The notes below the pieces were generated by a model that saw only the letters and a list, made by a program, of their open reading frames with translations, was not told the DNA's origin and did no database searches. This document shows, piece by piece, positions 52,217-64,000 of a stretch of DNA of 64,000 bases. The position numbers were made by a program, and so were the translations under genes. The first letter of the stretch is position 1, and each line of letters starts with the position of its first letter. The DNA comes from Octopus vulgaris (Eukaryota): the NCBI GenBank assembly GCA_951406725.2, contig OX597821.1:101990001-102054000 (forward strand), written 5' to 3'.

Positions 52217-52297
52217 GTGATTAGATCAACGAAGAACAAAAAATGTGTTTTTGTTTTTGTATTTAGTTTGCAGATTTTGTTGTATCTTGGGAGGGTC

Positions 52298-52557
52298 ATT
52301 ATAATAATGAAATTATTGTATACAGTGCTCAGGTGCACCACAACTTGTCAAAAGTGCAGATAAAGCATATGCAGTAATGTACAAATGTCTGGGAAGTGCA
52401 CAGTGTATCAGTCAGATACATGCTTGCGTGTGTTTGGAGGGGAGAAAATCAGGTGTAATGTTGGCAAATCTCAGGAAGCATGGAAGTTTTGAAGGATGCA
52501 GTGTTCCGACAACTAACAAATGATGCCGGCAGTTTATTCCATGCTTCAGCAACTCTT
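52298..52557 (-). mobile_element. CR1 3' end fragment
   Basis: Reverse complement of 21637-21897. Confidence 0.85.
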
Positions 52558-53250
52558 TATGCCAACAGTGAATACACACACTGATTCCATTTCACTTTTT
52601 ATTATTATTTGTCAGTTGGTTGACCAATTAACCAATCAATCGTTTGATTAATCGTTCAGTCAATCAGCTATGCTCGTTGAAATGCTTTCGTCATCATTCC
52701 CAACCTCATCAATGACATGTCCTCTCTACTCCAGGTCTGTTTGACATTTACAAAAATTTTAATTATACTTTGCAATCAAAATTTAGCTTAAATTTTCAGC
52801 AACATGTAAAACTTACTGCATCAAATATCTCAATATTACATGTTCATATGTTTTTGTTTCTAATTATGCTTATCATAATGTTTTACATTTATCAAATGAG
52901 GGTGCATAACCTAGTGGTTTAGGTGTTACAATCACAAGATTGTGGGTTTGGCTCCTGGACAGGGCAATGCATTGTGTTCTTGTGATAGAAACACTTCATC
53001 TTACATTGTTCAATGTCAGTTTGATTGAGTGAGTGAACTTACGTGCAACCCAAAGATTTGATCACTATAAACAAATCACCTGTGCTGGTTATTTGGGAAG
53101 AACTTGCAGAACTGTCTTTCTTGGACTTAGAGAGACTCATCATCATTGTTTAATGTCCGCTTTCCATGCTAGCATGGGTTGGACGATTTGACTGAAGTCT
53201 GGAGAACCAGATGGCTGCACCAGTCTCCAATCTGTTCTGGCAGAGTTTCT

Positions 53251-53477
53251 TATTTCTTTATTGCCCACAAGGGGCAATTGAGGGGACAAACAAGGACAGA
53301 CAAAGGGATTAAGTCGATTACATCAACCCAAGTGCATAACTGGTACTTAATTTATTGACCTCGAAAGGATGAAAGGCAAAGTCAACCTCGGCAGAATTTG
53401 AACTCAGAACATAACGGCAGACGAAATACCGCTAAGCATTTCGCCTGGCATGCTAACGTTTCTACCAGCTCACCGCC
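53251..53477 (-). mobile_element. SINE family B nested in an RTE-tail repeat
   Basis: TSD TCTGGCAGAGTTTCT on both sides. Confidence 0.85.
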
Positions 53478-53871
53478 TTTCTGGCAGAGTTTCTACAGCT
53501 GGATGCCCTTCCTAACACCAACCATTCCAAGAGTGTAGTGGGTCCTTATACGTGTCACTGACACGAGGGCCAGTCAGACAGTACTGGCAACAACCACACT
53601 CAAATGGTGCTTTTTATGAGCCACCTGCACAGGAGCCAGTCCAGCGGCACTGGCAACGACCCCACTTGAATGTATTTTCACATGCCACCAGCATTTACAA
53701 CGTTTACAGGAAACAATATTATATATTCTGTTCTCGCTGATTTGTACAAATATCGTTTCGCAACCTAATTTAACTTAGAAGTGATTCTCTCCCCTTAATC
53801 GTAAACTCACTTGAAGCAAACAGCTTGCTCAAGCAACGATTTTGTTTGCCATAAAATTATATTGATTTTTG

Positions 53872-53958
53872 TTACGTGTAAAAGCTTGCGTGAGCTTCAT
53901 TACGTGTAAAAGCTTGCGTGAACTTTATTATGTGTAAAAGCTTGTGTGAACTTTCATT
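53872..53958. repeat. Three tandem ~28-bp units
   Basis: TTACGTGTAAAAGCTTGCGTGA(G/A)CTT(C/T)A repeated three times. Confidence 0.85.
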
Positions 53959-54544
53959 ATTAAGAAACTTAAACCAATCAGATTTATTATGAATATTTTG
54001 CCTTGATTTCAATTTGAATTATATTGGGCACTCTACGCAATAATAAAGGAAAGAAAAGACTAGCAGGGCATGTCCCCTTTCTCTGTCTTAAATTGGTACC
54101 ATCCAAAGTTGATATATGGGTGCCAATGAAGTAGTTAGTATTTTCTTCCCGCCAAATAATGTATAGCCATACCACCCACCCCAACTCCATGTTAGAATTT
54201 TTTAATTAGCTGGTGAAAATAAAATCTAATTAATAATTTATCTTCACTTGTAAATATCTCAAAATGATAAATTTTGGGCAAGAGTAGAGCTGATTAAATT
54301 ATCCCCAATGCTTGAATGATTTTTTAAAAAAATAAATGCTGGAAGAAAGAAAGGTGTATTTAATTCAGTGGAGTGGATTGGATTGCCTATGTTCAGTCCA
54401 CTGCAGGACGAAGGCCTCGGTATGTTCTCTCCACCAACCATAGTCTAATGTGGAGACCATGAATTTGTGTTTCAGGTCATACTGGTTTGATGAGCCTACA
54501 GGCTTGGGAAAGGGGTGCAGTTTTTTCTACTCTTACCCAGCAGT

Positions 54545-55115
54545 AGTTAAGTCGATTACACCGACACCAGTGCTCAACTGGTATTTATTTTATCGACCTC
54601 GAAAGGATGAAAGGCAAAGTCGATTCTGGCGGAACGTAGCGGCAGACGCAATACCTATTTCTTTACTACCCGCAAGGGTCTAAACACAGAGATGACAAAC
54701 AGACGGATTAAGTAGATTATATCGACCCCAGTGCGTAAGTGGTACTTATTTAATAGACCCCGAAAGGATGAAAGGCAAAGTCGACCTCGGCGGAATTTGA
54801 ACCCAGTGCGTAAGTGGTACTTATTTAATAGACCCCGAAAGGATGAAAGGCAAAGTCGACCTCGGCGGAATTTGAACCCAGAACGTAGCGGCAGACGAAA
54901 TACCTATTTCTTTACTACCCACAAAAGGCTAAACACAGAGAGGACAGACAAACGGATTAAGTCGATTATATCGATTCCAGTGCGTAACTGGTACTTATTT
55001 AATCGACCCCGAAAGGATGAAAGGCAAAGTCGACCTCGTCGGAATTTGAACTCAGAACGTAAAGACAGACGAAATACCGCTAAGCATTTCGCTAACAATT
55101 CTGCCAGCTCACCTC
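54545..55115 (-). repeat. Head-to-tail multimer of SINE family B
   Basis: Four core copies, including an exact 75-bp tandem duplication (54727-54801 / 54802-54876). A related multimer lies at 58808-59083. Confidence 0.85.
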
Positions 55116-55399
55116 CTGTGAATTTAAGCAAATTTCTTAAATTACCCATAGCATGACTTAAATTGCAGAATATAACAGGATATAGCAATATATTTAGTTC
55201 CATATTCAATTTTTGCTACAAGGCCAACAATATTGGAAAAGAGAGGAAAATCGATTGCATTCGACCTTAGTACTAACTGGAATTTATTTTACTGACTTCT
55301 AAATGATGTAAGGCAAAGTCGACTCTGATGACATTTGAACTCAAAACCTAAAGAAATACTGCTAAGCATTTTCTCTGACGCAATAACGTTTCTGCCAGC

Positions 55400-55760
55400 T
55401 TACTCTTTTACTCGTTTCAGTCATTTAACTGCGGCCATGCTGGAGCACCACCTTTAGTCGAGCAAATCGACCCCAGGACTTATTCTTTGGAAGCCTAGTA
55501 CTTATTCTATCAGTCTCTTTTGTGCTGAACCGCTAAGTTACGGGGACGTAAGCACACCACCATCGGTTGTCAAGCGATGTTGTGGGGACAAACACAGACA
55601 CACATACATATATACGGCAGGCTTCTGTCAGTTTCCGTCTACCAAATCCACTCACAAGGCTATAGTAGAAGACACTTGCCCAAGGTGCCACGTAGTGGGA
55701 CTAAACCCGGAACCATGTGGTTGGTAAGCAAACTACTTACCACACAGCCACTCCTACGCC
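55400..55760 (-). mobile_element. SINE family A
   Basis: Reverse complement of family A; a diverged copy also lies at 50230-50530. Confidence 0.85.
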
Positions 55761-56518
55761 TATGTTTACTCTGATATTTAATAGTGGTTTCAAATTTTGG
55801 CACAAGGCAAGCAAGTTCAAGGGAGAGGGTTAAGTCGATTAGTGTTCAACTGGTGCTTATTCCATCGATTCCGAAAGGCTGGATGGCAAAATCGACTGCG
55901 GCAGAATTTCGATTCAAAACGTAAAGACGAAATACCGCAATGATAATAATAATTAATTGATAATAGTTAAAATAGAGGCTAAGAGACTGATATGAAAAAT
56001 GTTGTGAACGAAACCAATAATTTATAATTTTCGCTTGAATGTTAAGATGAAAGAGTAGTTTCCCTTGAGTCGGTGACAGAATTTATGACTGAAACAAACG
56101 AAAACAAAATCCGCGAATGGCTTATAAACACCTCCCACGCTGCAATTGTTCACTTCAAGATTGTGATTCATATAAAAATATAGTCTTGTTAATTTTGTTA
56201 TATTTGCTTTCCTAATTGTATTGTTCCCGAGACAAGCAACAAGATATTGTATCACGAGTGAAATTTCTAATTTGGGGACAACTCTCAAACCAACCCTTGA
56301 GAATAAAATTATATACTCTTTGTACAAGAAACCAGTTTGGTGAACTTAAAAGTTTACGCGCGATTTAGATAAAATCATCTTTATGTGAACAATCTGCGCA
56401 CTTCTACAAGTCAAAATTAATTAATTATACATTTAATTAAAAGAAAGTAGTAATTGTTCAGTAAGAACACCTTCTTTTTCTCATGTTCATATATATTATG
56501 AATTCTATATAATATTCT

Positions 56519-56577
<59 letters not shown>

Positions 56578-57497
56578 TTAATAAGGGTGAGAGAATTAGA
56601 TACTAATTTAACTGGTGCTAGAGTGAGCCATATAGTGACCACTCTCTTATATTTATTTTATATATATATATATATATATTTCCTGCCTTTCGGTTGTTAA
56701 ATTGCGAATAAACCACTCTTATTTTATTGTGTGTGTGTGTGTGTGTGTGTGTTAGTCTAAGAATAAACGTGTCAGAAAAAAACGGGTAAGCACTTGTATA
56801 TTTGTCAACAGAGTGTGTATATTAATATTTATACAATTATTGTATTATAGATCCATTTCAGCCAATTTTCCCAATCGGTTTTTCACACAAATTTTTGGGA
56901 AAAACCCAATCCTAGCACTCGTCAGAAGGGTTGTTTCTTGTTATCTCTTCTGTGCATAGAAACAAATTAACTGATTAAATAATCTATTAGCAAAACTCAA
57001 TTTATCAAAATCAGACGAATGGAAGGTGCTCAATATAGCAACTTCTAATAACGACGAACCCAACATAGTCCAAAACCAGATAAGTATATACAGATCACTC
57101 TTTTTGTAATCAAAATGTACTTGTAGATCACATACTCATAAGTATATATCAACATGTGTGTATATGTGCGCGTGTGTATGTGTATGGATATGAAGTAGTT
57201 AAGTTTGTGCATAGATGTATATTAGCTCAAATATATTACATACATATATGCATGTGAGTGCACGTATGCATATATATGCTTATATATGTGTATATATACA
57301 TATGTATATAGTCCCTAAGACTACTTCACAAAACTCTAAAATCAGAACAAATGATGCTTATATACATTGTTGCATATATATTTATATATACATACATAGA
57401 TGTACGCATACATACATACGTACATACATACATAAATATCTATGTAATATATACAAAATATAATATATAATACATATATATGTGTATCTCCCTCCCC

Positions 57498-57554
<57 letters not shown>

Positions 57555-57747
57555 CACCCCATTTTGAATTATATGGATTATACTATACCAAATTCTGGTG
57601 CCTTTAACTTAAGTACCATATTCAACCGAATCTAAATTTTTATCGAACCTATATGAATAATATATAGTCTATTGACTAAATTTTTACACGCTAGGCCACT
57701 GGTAATGAAAATTTCAAATATTTCTGATTACCCTTTGACATTATTAT

Positions 57748-57858
<111 letters not shown>

Positions 57859-59149
57859 GGATGGATAATTCTCAATATTATCAATACTAACATGTAAACA
57901 ACGTAACGACACAATGAAAGAACATGGTCGCGCCCACATGGACAACACACTTATACATGTTGCACGTATTCAAACTGTAACCAGATCCTCTTTAACGGGG
58001 AATAATGTCGTCGTCACACCACAAACAATAAAATATGTCACCTAGCCCAACGTATCTTTGACATCATGAATATAATAATACCATGACGAATAATACCAGG
58101 GTAGAAACTAACTGAGGATCTTTCCATCGTCAAACATAAGTCTAATGAAGTTGTCATAGTTTGTGTCCTGCGCGAAGAATATGCATTTATTTAGTTCGAA
58201 TGGTTTAGCATTGTATATTTAAGCTATATATAGCTATGTAAGAAGATAAATATATAGGAGTATTATGTTCTGTCGTATTTTCTTTTTTTTGTAATACTAA
58301 TACGCAGGCATGAGTTAAATGGACCGTATCTTTGGGTCGAATGTATGTGTGTAATGTGTTGTGTGTGTGATTGTAGGGCACGTAACTGTGCTTGCGTGTT
58401 AGTGTTGTATGAGTTTGTACGTGTGGGTACGTGTGGTATGTAACTGTAGAGGTGTGTATGTGTGTGCCTATGAATTAAATATAACTTTATGTGCATGTGT
58501 TGGTGTCGCGTGTGTGTGTGTGTGTGTGTGTGCTAGTGTTATGTATGTGTACATGTATTACTGCAATTGTGTGCGTGTGCTAGTGTTGGGTGTGTGTGTG
58601 TGTATTAAATCTAACTGTTCGTGTGTTAGTATTGTGGGTGTATATGGTGGAAGGGTGCTATGTGCATGTAAGTACGTATGAAATGTAGCTGTTTTTATAT
58701 GCATGTATGTATACATGTATTATGTTACTGTGTTTGTGTTGAATGTAACTCTGTGTGTGTGTGTATGTATAATATATAGTTCTTTGTTTCATATATATAT
58801 ATATATAGACCTCGGCGGAACTTGAACTCAGAACGTAACGGCTGACGAAATACCTATTTCTATTTCCTTACTACCCACTAAACACAGGGGTTAAACACAG
58901 AGGGGACAAACAAGGACAGACAAACGGATTAAGTCGAGTATATCGACCCCAGTGCGTAACTGGTACTTAATTTATCGACCCCGAAAGGATGAAAGGCAAA
59001 GTCGACCTCGGCGGAATTTGAACTCAGAACGTAGCGGCTGACGAACTCGCCCGGCGCGCTAACGATTCTGCCAGATCGCCGCCCTTATACCCATTCTATT
59101 GACAAATATACGAGTGCACATTTTCCCTGACTTATGCACGTATATATAT

Positions 59150-59206
<57 letters not shown>

Positions 59207-59287
59207 AAAAACCCCACCTTTTATCAATTCAAAATGAAAAATTAAATTACACCATATATTACCAAATATATACGAATATTCCCTAAC

Positions 59288-59324
<37 letters not shown>

Positions 59325-59455
59325 TTTCTCTATGTGTGTGTGTACGTATGTGCGTGTTTGTGTATGTGTATTGATGCAAACAGGAAAAATAGAACTCAAA
59401 ATATGAGCATTAAGTACCAACGCACATAACTCAAACTTTGAGTCACTCTGTTACT

Positions 59456-59526
<71 letters not shown>

Positions 59527-61060
59527 AGAGAGAGAGAGAAATGGATATATACATATATATATAATGTATATATGTACATGTGTGTGTGTGTGTATTTATA
59601 TATATATATATATATATAGCTGGCTGTGAGTATAAGCAGTGATTCAACAACTCCTTTGTCATTAATATAGTGTTTAAAACCAAGGTCAACTGAGCTCGTT
59701 TCAACTTCGTAATGTACACCTCATCATCCCCTCTTCCTACCTCCTTCTCAGCCTCTCTACTGCAATCATTAACCGACTCACCCCGACTCTACGGCTTTTC
59801 GATGACTGTCACAGCTCCGGGATTTCAGGGTAGCTAATATGCGTCCCTGTCATTCATACTTCCAGTTGTCCAGACTATCCAGAATCGAACAGTATTGCCA
59901 TTATATTCTCATATTTTTAGACACAATGAAGATTCTCTCAATTTATGATTGACATGTGTCAAATATCTGTCTATCTCTGTCTGTCTGCCTAGTTAGGCAT
60001 TTCCCTCAACATATTTTTAAGAGGTTATGGGCCAGCAGGTTTTTGGGATCTGACGATACGCCATAAAGCTATAAACCCTTTATGGACGGGAAATCTAAGG
60101 CTTTCCCTATTTTAAATATATACTGCTCTACATCTTCGAGTGTGGTTTTTCTTTCGGATTTGTTTTTTATACACATATTAAAGCAATAAAGTTAATGACT
60201 GGTCATTATGTGTGTGTGTGTGTGTTACTTAATGTCGAACGAATGAAAAGAGTTCTCGATACATTATTTAAAATGACGCTGTCAGTTTGTCTCGCGGCTC
60301 GATTTGGAATTTTCAGCGAACTTCGGGCGAAAAGCTGAAAATCGCGGTAGCGTGAAACTTGATCCGCGAAACAAACTCCCAGAATCAGCTTTAATAATGC
60401 TTTTAGCTTTTAGCACATGGCCAGTAAGTTCGGAGGAGGGACTAGGTCAATTACATCGACCTCAGCCCTCATCCGGTACTTATTTTATCGACCCCGAAAG
60501 GAGATGAAAGCAAAGTCGACCTCGGTGGCATTTTAACTCAGAACGTAAAGACAGTCGAAACACCGCTAAGCATTATGCACGGCGTGCTAACGATTCTCCC
60601 AGCTCTCTGCCTTAATCAGCTTTGATAATTGAGTTCTATATATTCGTGACTCCAATAAAATATACTTTGTTTTGCCTGAAGGCTTTGAATTCTTAAGCAA
60701 AAATATTATTCATAGTGACTTCGAAGGTTTGTCCCGCTAAGCCATCATCAGACTGATAGCAGACGATAGTTTAGCAAGCCGAAACTTCGATGTTATTGTC
60801 AATAATATTCTTGCTTAAGAATGATAAATTTGTACTCTACAAAATTATAGAATAAGCAAACAGATTTAATGTAAAATTGTTTTTATTATAACTAAACATC
60901 GCTGGACGAAATGCTTAGCAGTATTTCACCCGTTGCTACGTTCCGAGTTCAAATTCCGCCGAGGTCGACAGCCTTCACCAGTAATAAATATTAACTACTC
61001 TACTTAGAGTGTGCTTCTCCGGATTTATGTTTTCCTAAAAAAACGATACACATACACATA

Positions 61061-61599
61061 CAGAGTAATCCCTCGCCATATCGCGGTTTATTATCTAAGC
61101 TTACGTCGATTACTCCGTTGTGTTGTTTTGCATTTATAATAAAATAAATATATACAAATTATAAAAATAATAATAAAAGGAAAGACTTCCGCCCGTCCCC
61201 CATCATTTCCTCCCAAATTTGTTTATTTAAGAATTTTTTTTTTGTTTTCGGATTCAGAGGATCCGGGAAATTGCCAAAAACCGGCTTTGTTAAATTCCCC
61301 ACCTTTCTCCCCATCCCCCCAAATTCTTCAATTTTGACTTTTTTCCCCAACACTAACCCTAACCGTAACTACAGAAATGTTTTGAAATTTTTGTCCGAAT
61401 CATAATGTCCGTATTTTTCTGCATATTTAAAAAAAAATTCTGAAAGAAGTAAAAAGTGAAGGAGGGTAATTTTAAAATGCCGATTTTTGCCAATTTTTTT
61501 TTGCAGATTCGTATTCCCCGTAGCCGAAAAATTTGAAACGGGCGGTTTTTTTTGGAGGTGGGGGAGTCTTGCCCACCCGAGATAGTCGAGGGATTATTG
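61061..61599. mobile_element. Tigger/pogo-like MITE
   Basis: TIRs (CAG)AGTAATCCCTCGCCATATCGCGG / CCGAGATAGTCGAGGGATTATTG with TA flanks. Confidence 0.65.
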
Positions 61600-61744
61600 T
61601 ATATATATATTATGTAGGGAGGGGTAAAAGATATTCACAGAAAAAGCAAATGTAGTATTTGAAATATGAAGTTTTAAAAATCAAATTGTAACTATATTTA
61701 AATGACAAAGAAACTTCACTTCTAATTCATCCTGTATGTTGCAT

Positions 61745-61862
<118 letters not shown>

Positions 61863-62399
61863 CACGTTGAAACACAGTAAACTCCGATGATAATCAGGTC
61901 GTGTATTTGTGTGCCAGTGTAGTATTTTTGTAGTTAAACCTATTTATAGGAAGTTAATAGGAAGTGTGAAAGTTGTGTGTGTGTGTGTATACCGGTCGCA
62001 TTCACATATGGACGCATATATAGATATCGGTGTTGGTCTGAGTGCGTTAATATTAATATTACGTCCGTGTATGTAGATACATATGAGCGCATACATGTTG
62101 ATATATGTTTATTCATGTCAGTAATATATATGGGAGTGAATTAGTCAATGAGAGAAAGAGAGAGGAATGCTATTTTTCTGGGCCTCCGATACTGGTGAGA
62201 GGAAATAAAATAGCCTCAAACTGGAGGTTTGATTTGTATGTCTGTGGTAGAGTGGATTCTGCTTGAAGCATCCAGACTAGTTTTTGAAATGCCTTCTTTT
62301 CAGTTCTATACGAGGATATCATTAGTAGACAAGCTTAGAAATCTCTGTATGAAGAGATTTCGGTAACACAAGTAATACAAATTGAAGTTGTTCGACTAT

Positions 62400-62720
62400 G
62401 TAATGAGAATACCATCCTTTAACTATAGAGCGTTGGCATTCCGCCAAGACGTCCGTCACCCCAGACTACGTGGGAGATCACCGAAGCAGTGGACCTCTCA
62501 CATAGATCCTCGAAGACACAAATTTATCGCTTGCAACAGGGGAAAGGAGAACATCTGATCGTAAGGTCAAGGTGACGAAAGACGAGGCGTAGAGAATGGC
62601 TAAGAGGGTGGGCAGGAGGCTATCCACCCCGGGCGACATTTTTAAAGGGACGGAACAGTTGGGTCTGCTATAGAAGCCTGTAGAAGTAGTCGGGGACAAA
62701 CTCAAGGATTGCTCCGGGCG
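62400..62720 (-). mobile_element. Highly degraded LINE RT fragment
   Basis: SVPLKMSPGV..LLPTLLAILY resembles the SxPFxIxSGVKQGCxLAPTLF motif. Confidence 0.35.
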
Positions 62721-64000
62721 GCACACACACAAACTACATCACTGATGAGGCGCGCTGCAGTTCGGGTTGCCTCTGTGTATGTCTGTCTTGTAACGGGAAA
62801 CTACAAATGAACACCCACAAAAACCATATATATTATTATTTGTTATCGCTTCACTTGATAACATTTAGTTCGATAACTAGCAACCAAAGTTGCTTCAAGT
62901 CTTATACTTCCTGTGAAATAAGAAAAACGTTAAATGTTACCAAAAGAATAGTAGAAACGCATAAAGTTGAGAAAGAGTGGTAGTATGAATTAACGAAGGA
63001 TTCACAAATATGTTTATGTGATGTCATCCCCTATGTTTTCTCAGCCTTCAGTCTCTCTCTCTCTTTCTTTTTTTAAATTTTTTTATCTGGAATAGTGGAA
63101 TGGGGAGAAAGACAAAGTTAGAAAGAGGGAGGCGAATGTTGGTTATTGTGCGCTGGTTTGAAAACTGAATAACACATTCAAATAGACAGATATTTGCAAG
63201 TTCTGTCTTGAGTGAACCCTGAAATCAAGCTAAATATCCAAGAATCAAAAGAAAAAAATCTTGTCCCCAAAAATAGAACCTCCTTCGATACAATAAAAAT
63301 ATATGTAAATAACAGCAACAAAGACAATTGCGTACACTGATAGCTTGAAAACATGAAAAACAGTGTCACTCTAGGCTGTTCTTAGTATAGTTACGGACAC
63401 CATCAGTCAGATAAAATGATCATTATATTAAACACAGACGTCACCTTAGAAAAAGTCAAAATTATCAAAATACTTGGTAACAGTGATTTCCCATTGTAAT
63501 ATGTATATATGTATGTGTGTAAGTATGTATGTATGTATGTATATGTATGTATGTATGTACGTGTGCATATATAAATTGTAAAGACCCTCTTTGGTCATGA
63601 ATGACCATGGGATTGCATCTAACTGGTAACCAGCCAAACAAAGATATTACAGTAAGTCTGGCTTCCCTCATCAAGACAGGATTGACAAATGCCGGATTTA
63701 TTGTAATATCTTCATGTGACTGGTTAACGGTTACATACCCATACCTTTTTGTTCAATTCATCTGCAAATTATGATTACTACGTAATTCTAGACTTCTTGA
63801 AACAGCTGTTGAGAAATATGTTAAGAAACTGCATATTCAATTCTATATTTTTTGTGTCCCATGTAAATACATTTACATCAAGTCTATCTGTGTTTATCTC
63901 CATTACTATCTCAATACCTGCTCGATTTGGATTTTTCGTATAGCCATTCTTGACACTGCGGGCGTGGACAAATAATTCGGAGTTTAAGCTCATATCCTTT

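Noticed and set aside
58081-58120. ATGACGA...TACC-AG-GGTA-GAAAC hammerhead-like string
   Set aside because: The core is mutated and there is no stem I or III; compatible with chance.
62742-62812. CTGATGAG as a hammerhead core
   Set aside because: No GAAA directly after the possible stem II, and no stem I or III pairing found.

Overview
AT-rich, repeat-dense eukaryotic genomic DNA. The tRNA-derived SINE families and the (TA)n/(CA)n/(GATA)n microsatellites suggest an Octopus/coleoid cephalopod genome; this is an inference. The only host gene I can support is a 5-exon, + strand BPNT2/IMPAD1-type Golgi PAP phosphatase (inositol monophosphatase family). Its CDS is 24963-25286, 34774-34939, 44088-44183, 44299-44475 and 44944-45206 (341 aa), possibly followed by a 3' UTR of up to ~7 kb. 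The rest is transposon-derived: a 5'-truncated CR1-clade LINE with an uninterrupted 860-codon ORF, RTE and Penelope-like fragments, solo-LTR-like elements, Tc1/mariner and pogo-like elements, a non-autonomous Helitron and many SINEs. The most notable items are (1) a type I hammerhead-ribozyme-like motif with a long stem II, plus several degenerate relatives; (2) two templated/fold-back insertion scars copied from nearby DNA; (3) SINE multimers sharing a recurrent palindromic junction; and (4) long fold-back hairpins in the gene's intron and putative 3' UTR. Everything was read by eye, and repeat boundaries are approximate unless a TSD or TIR is given.
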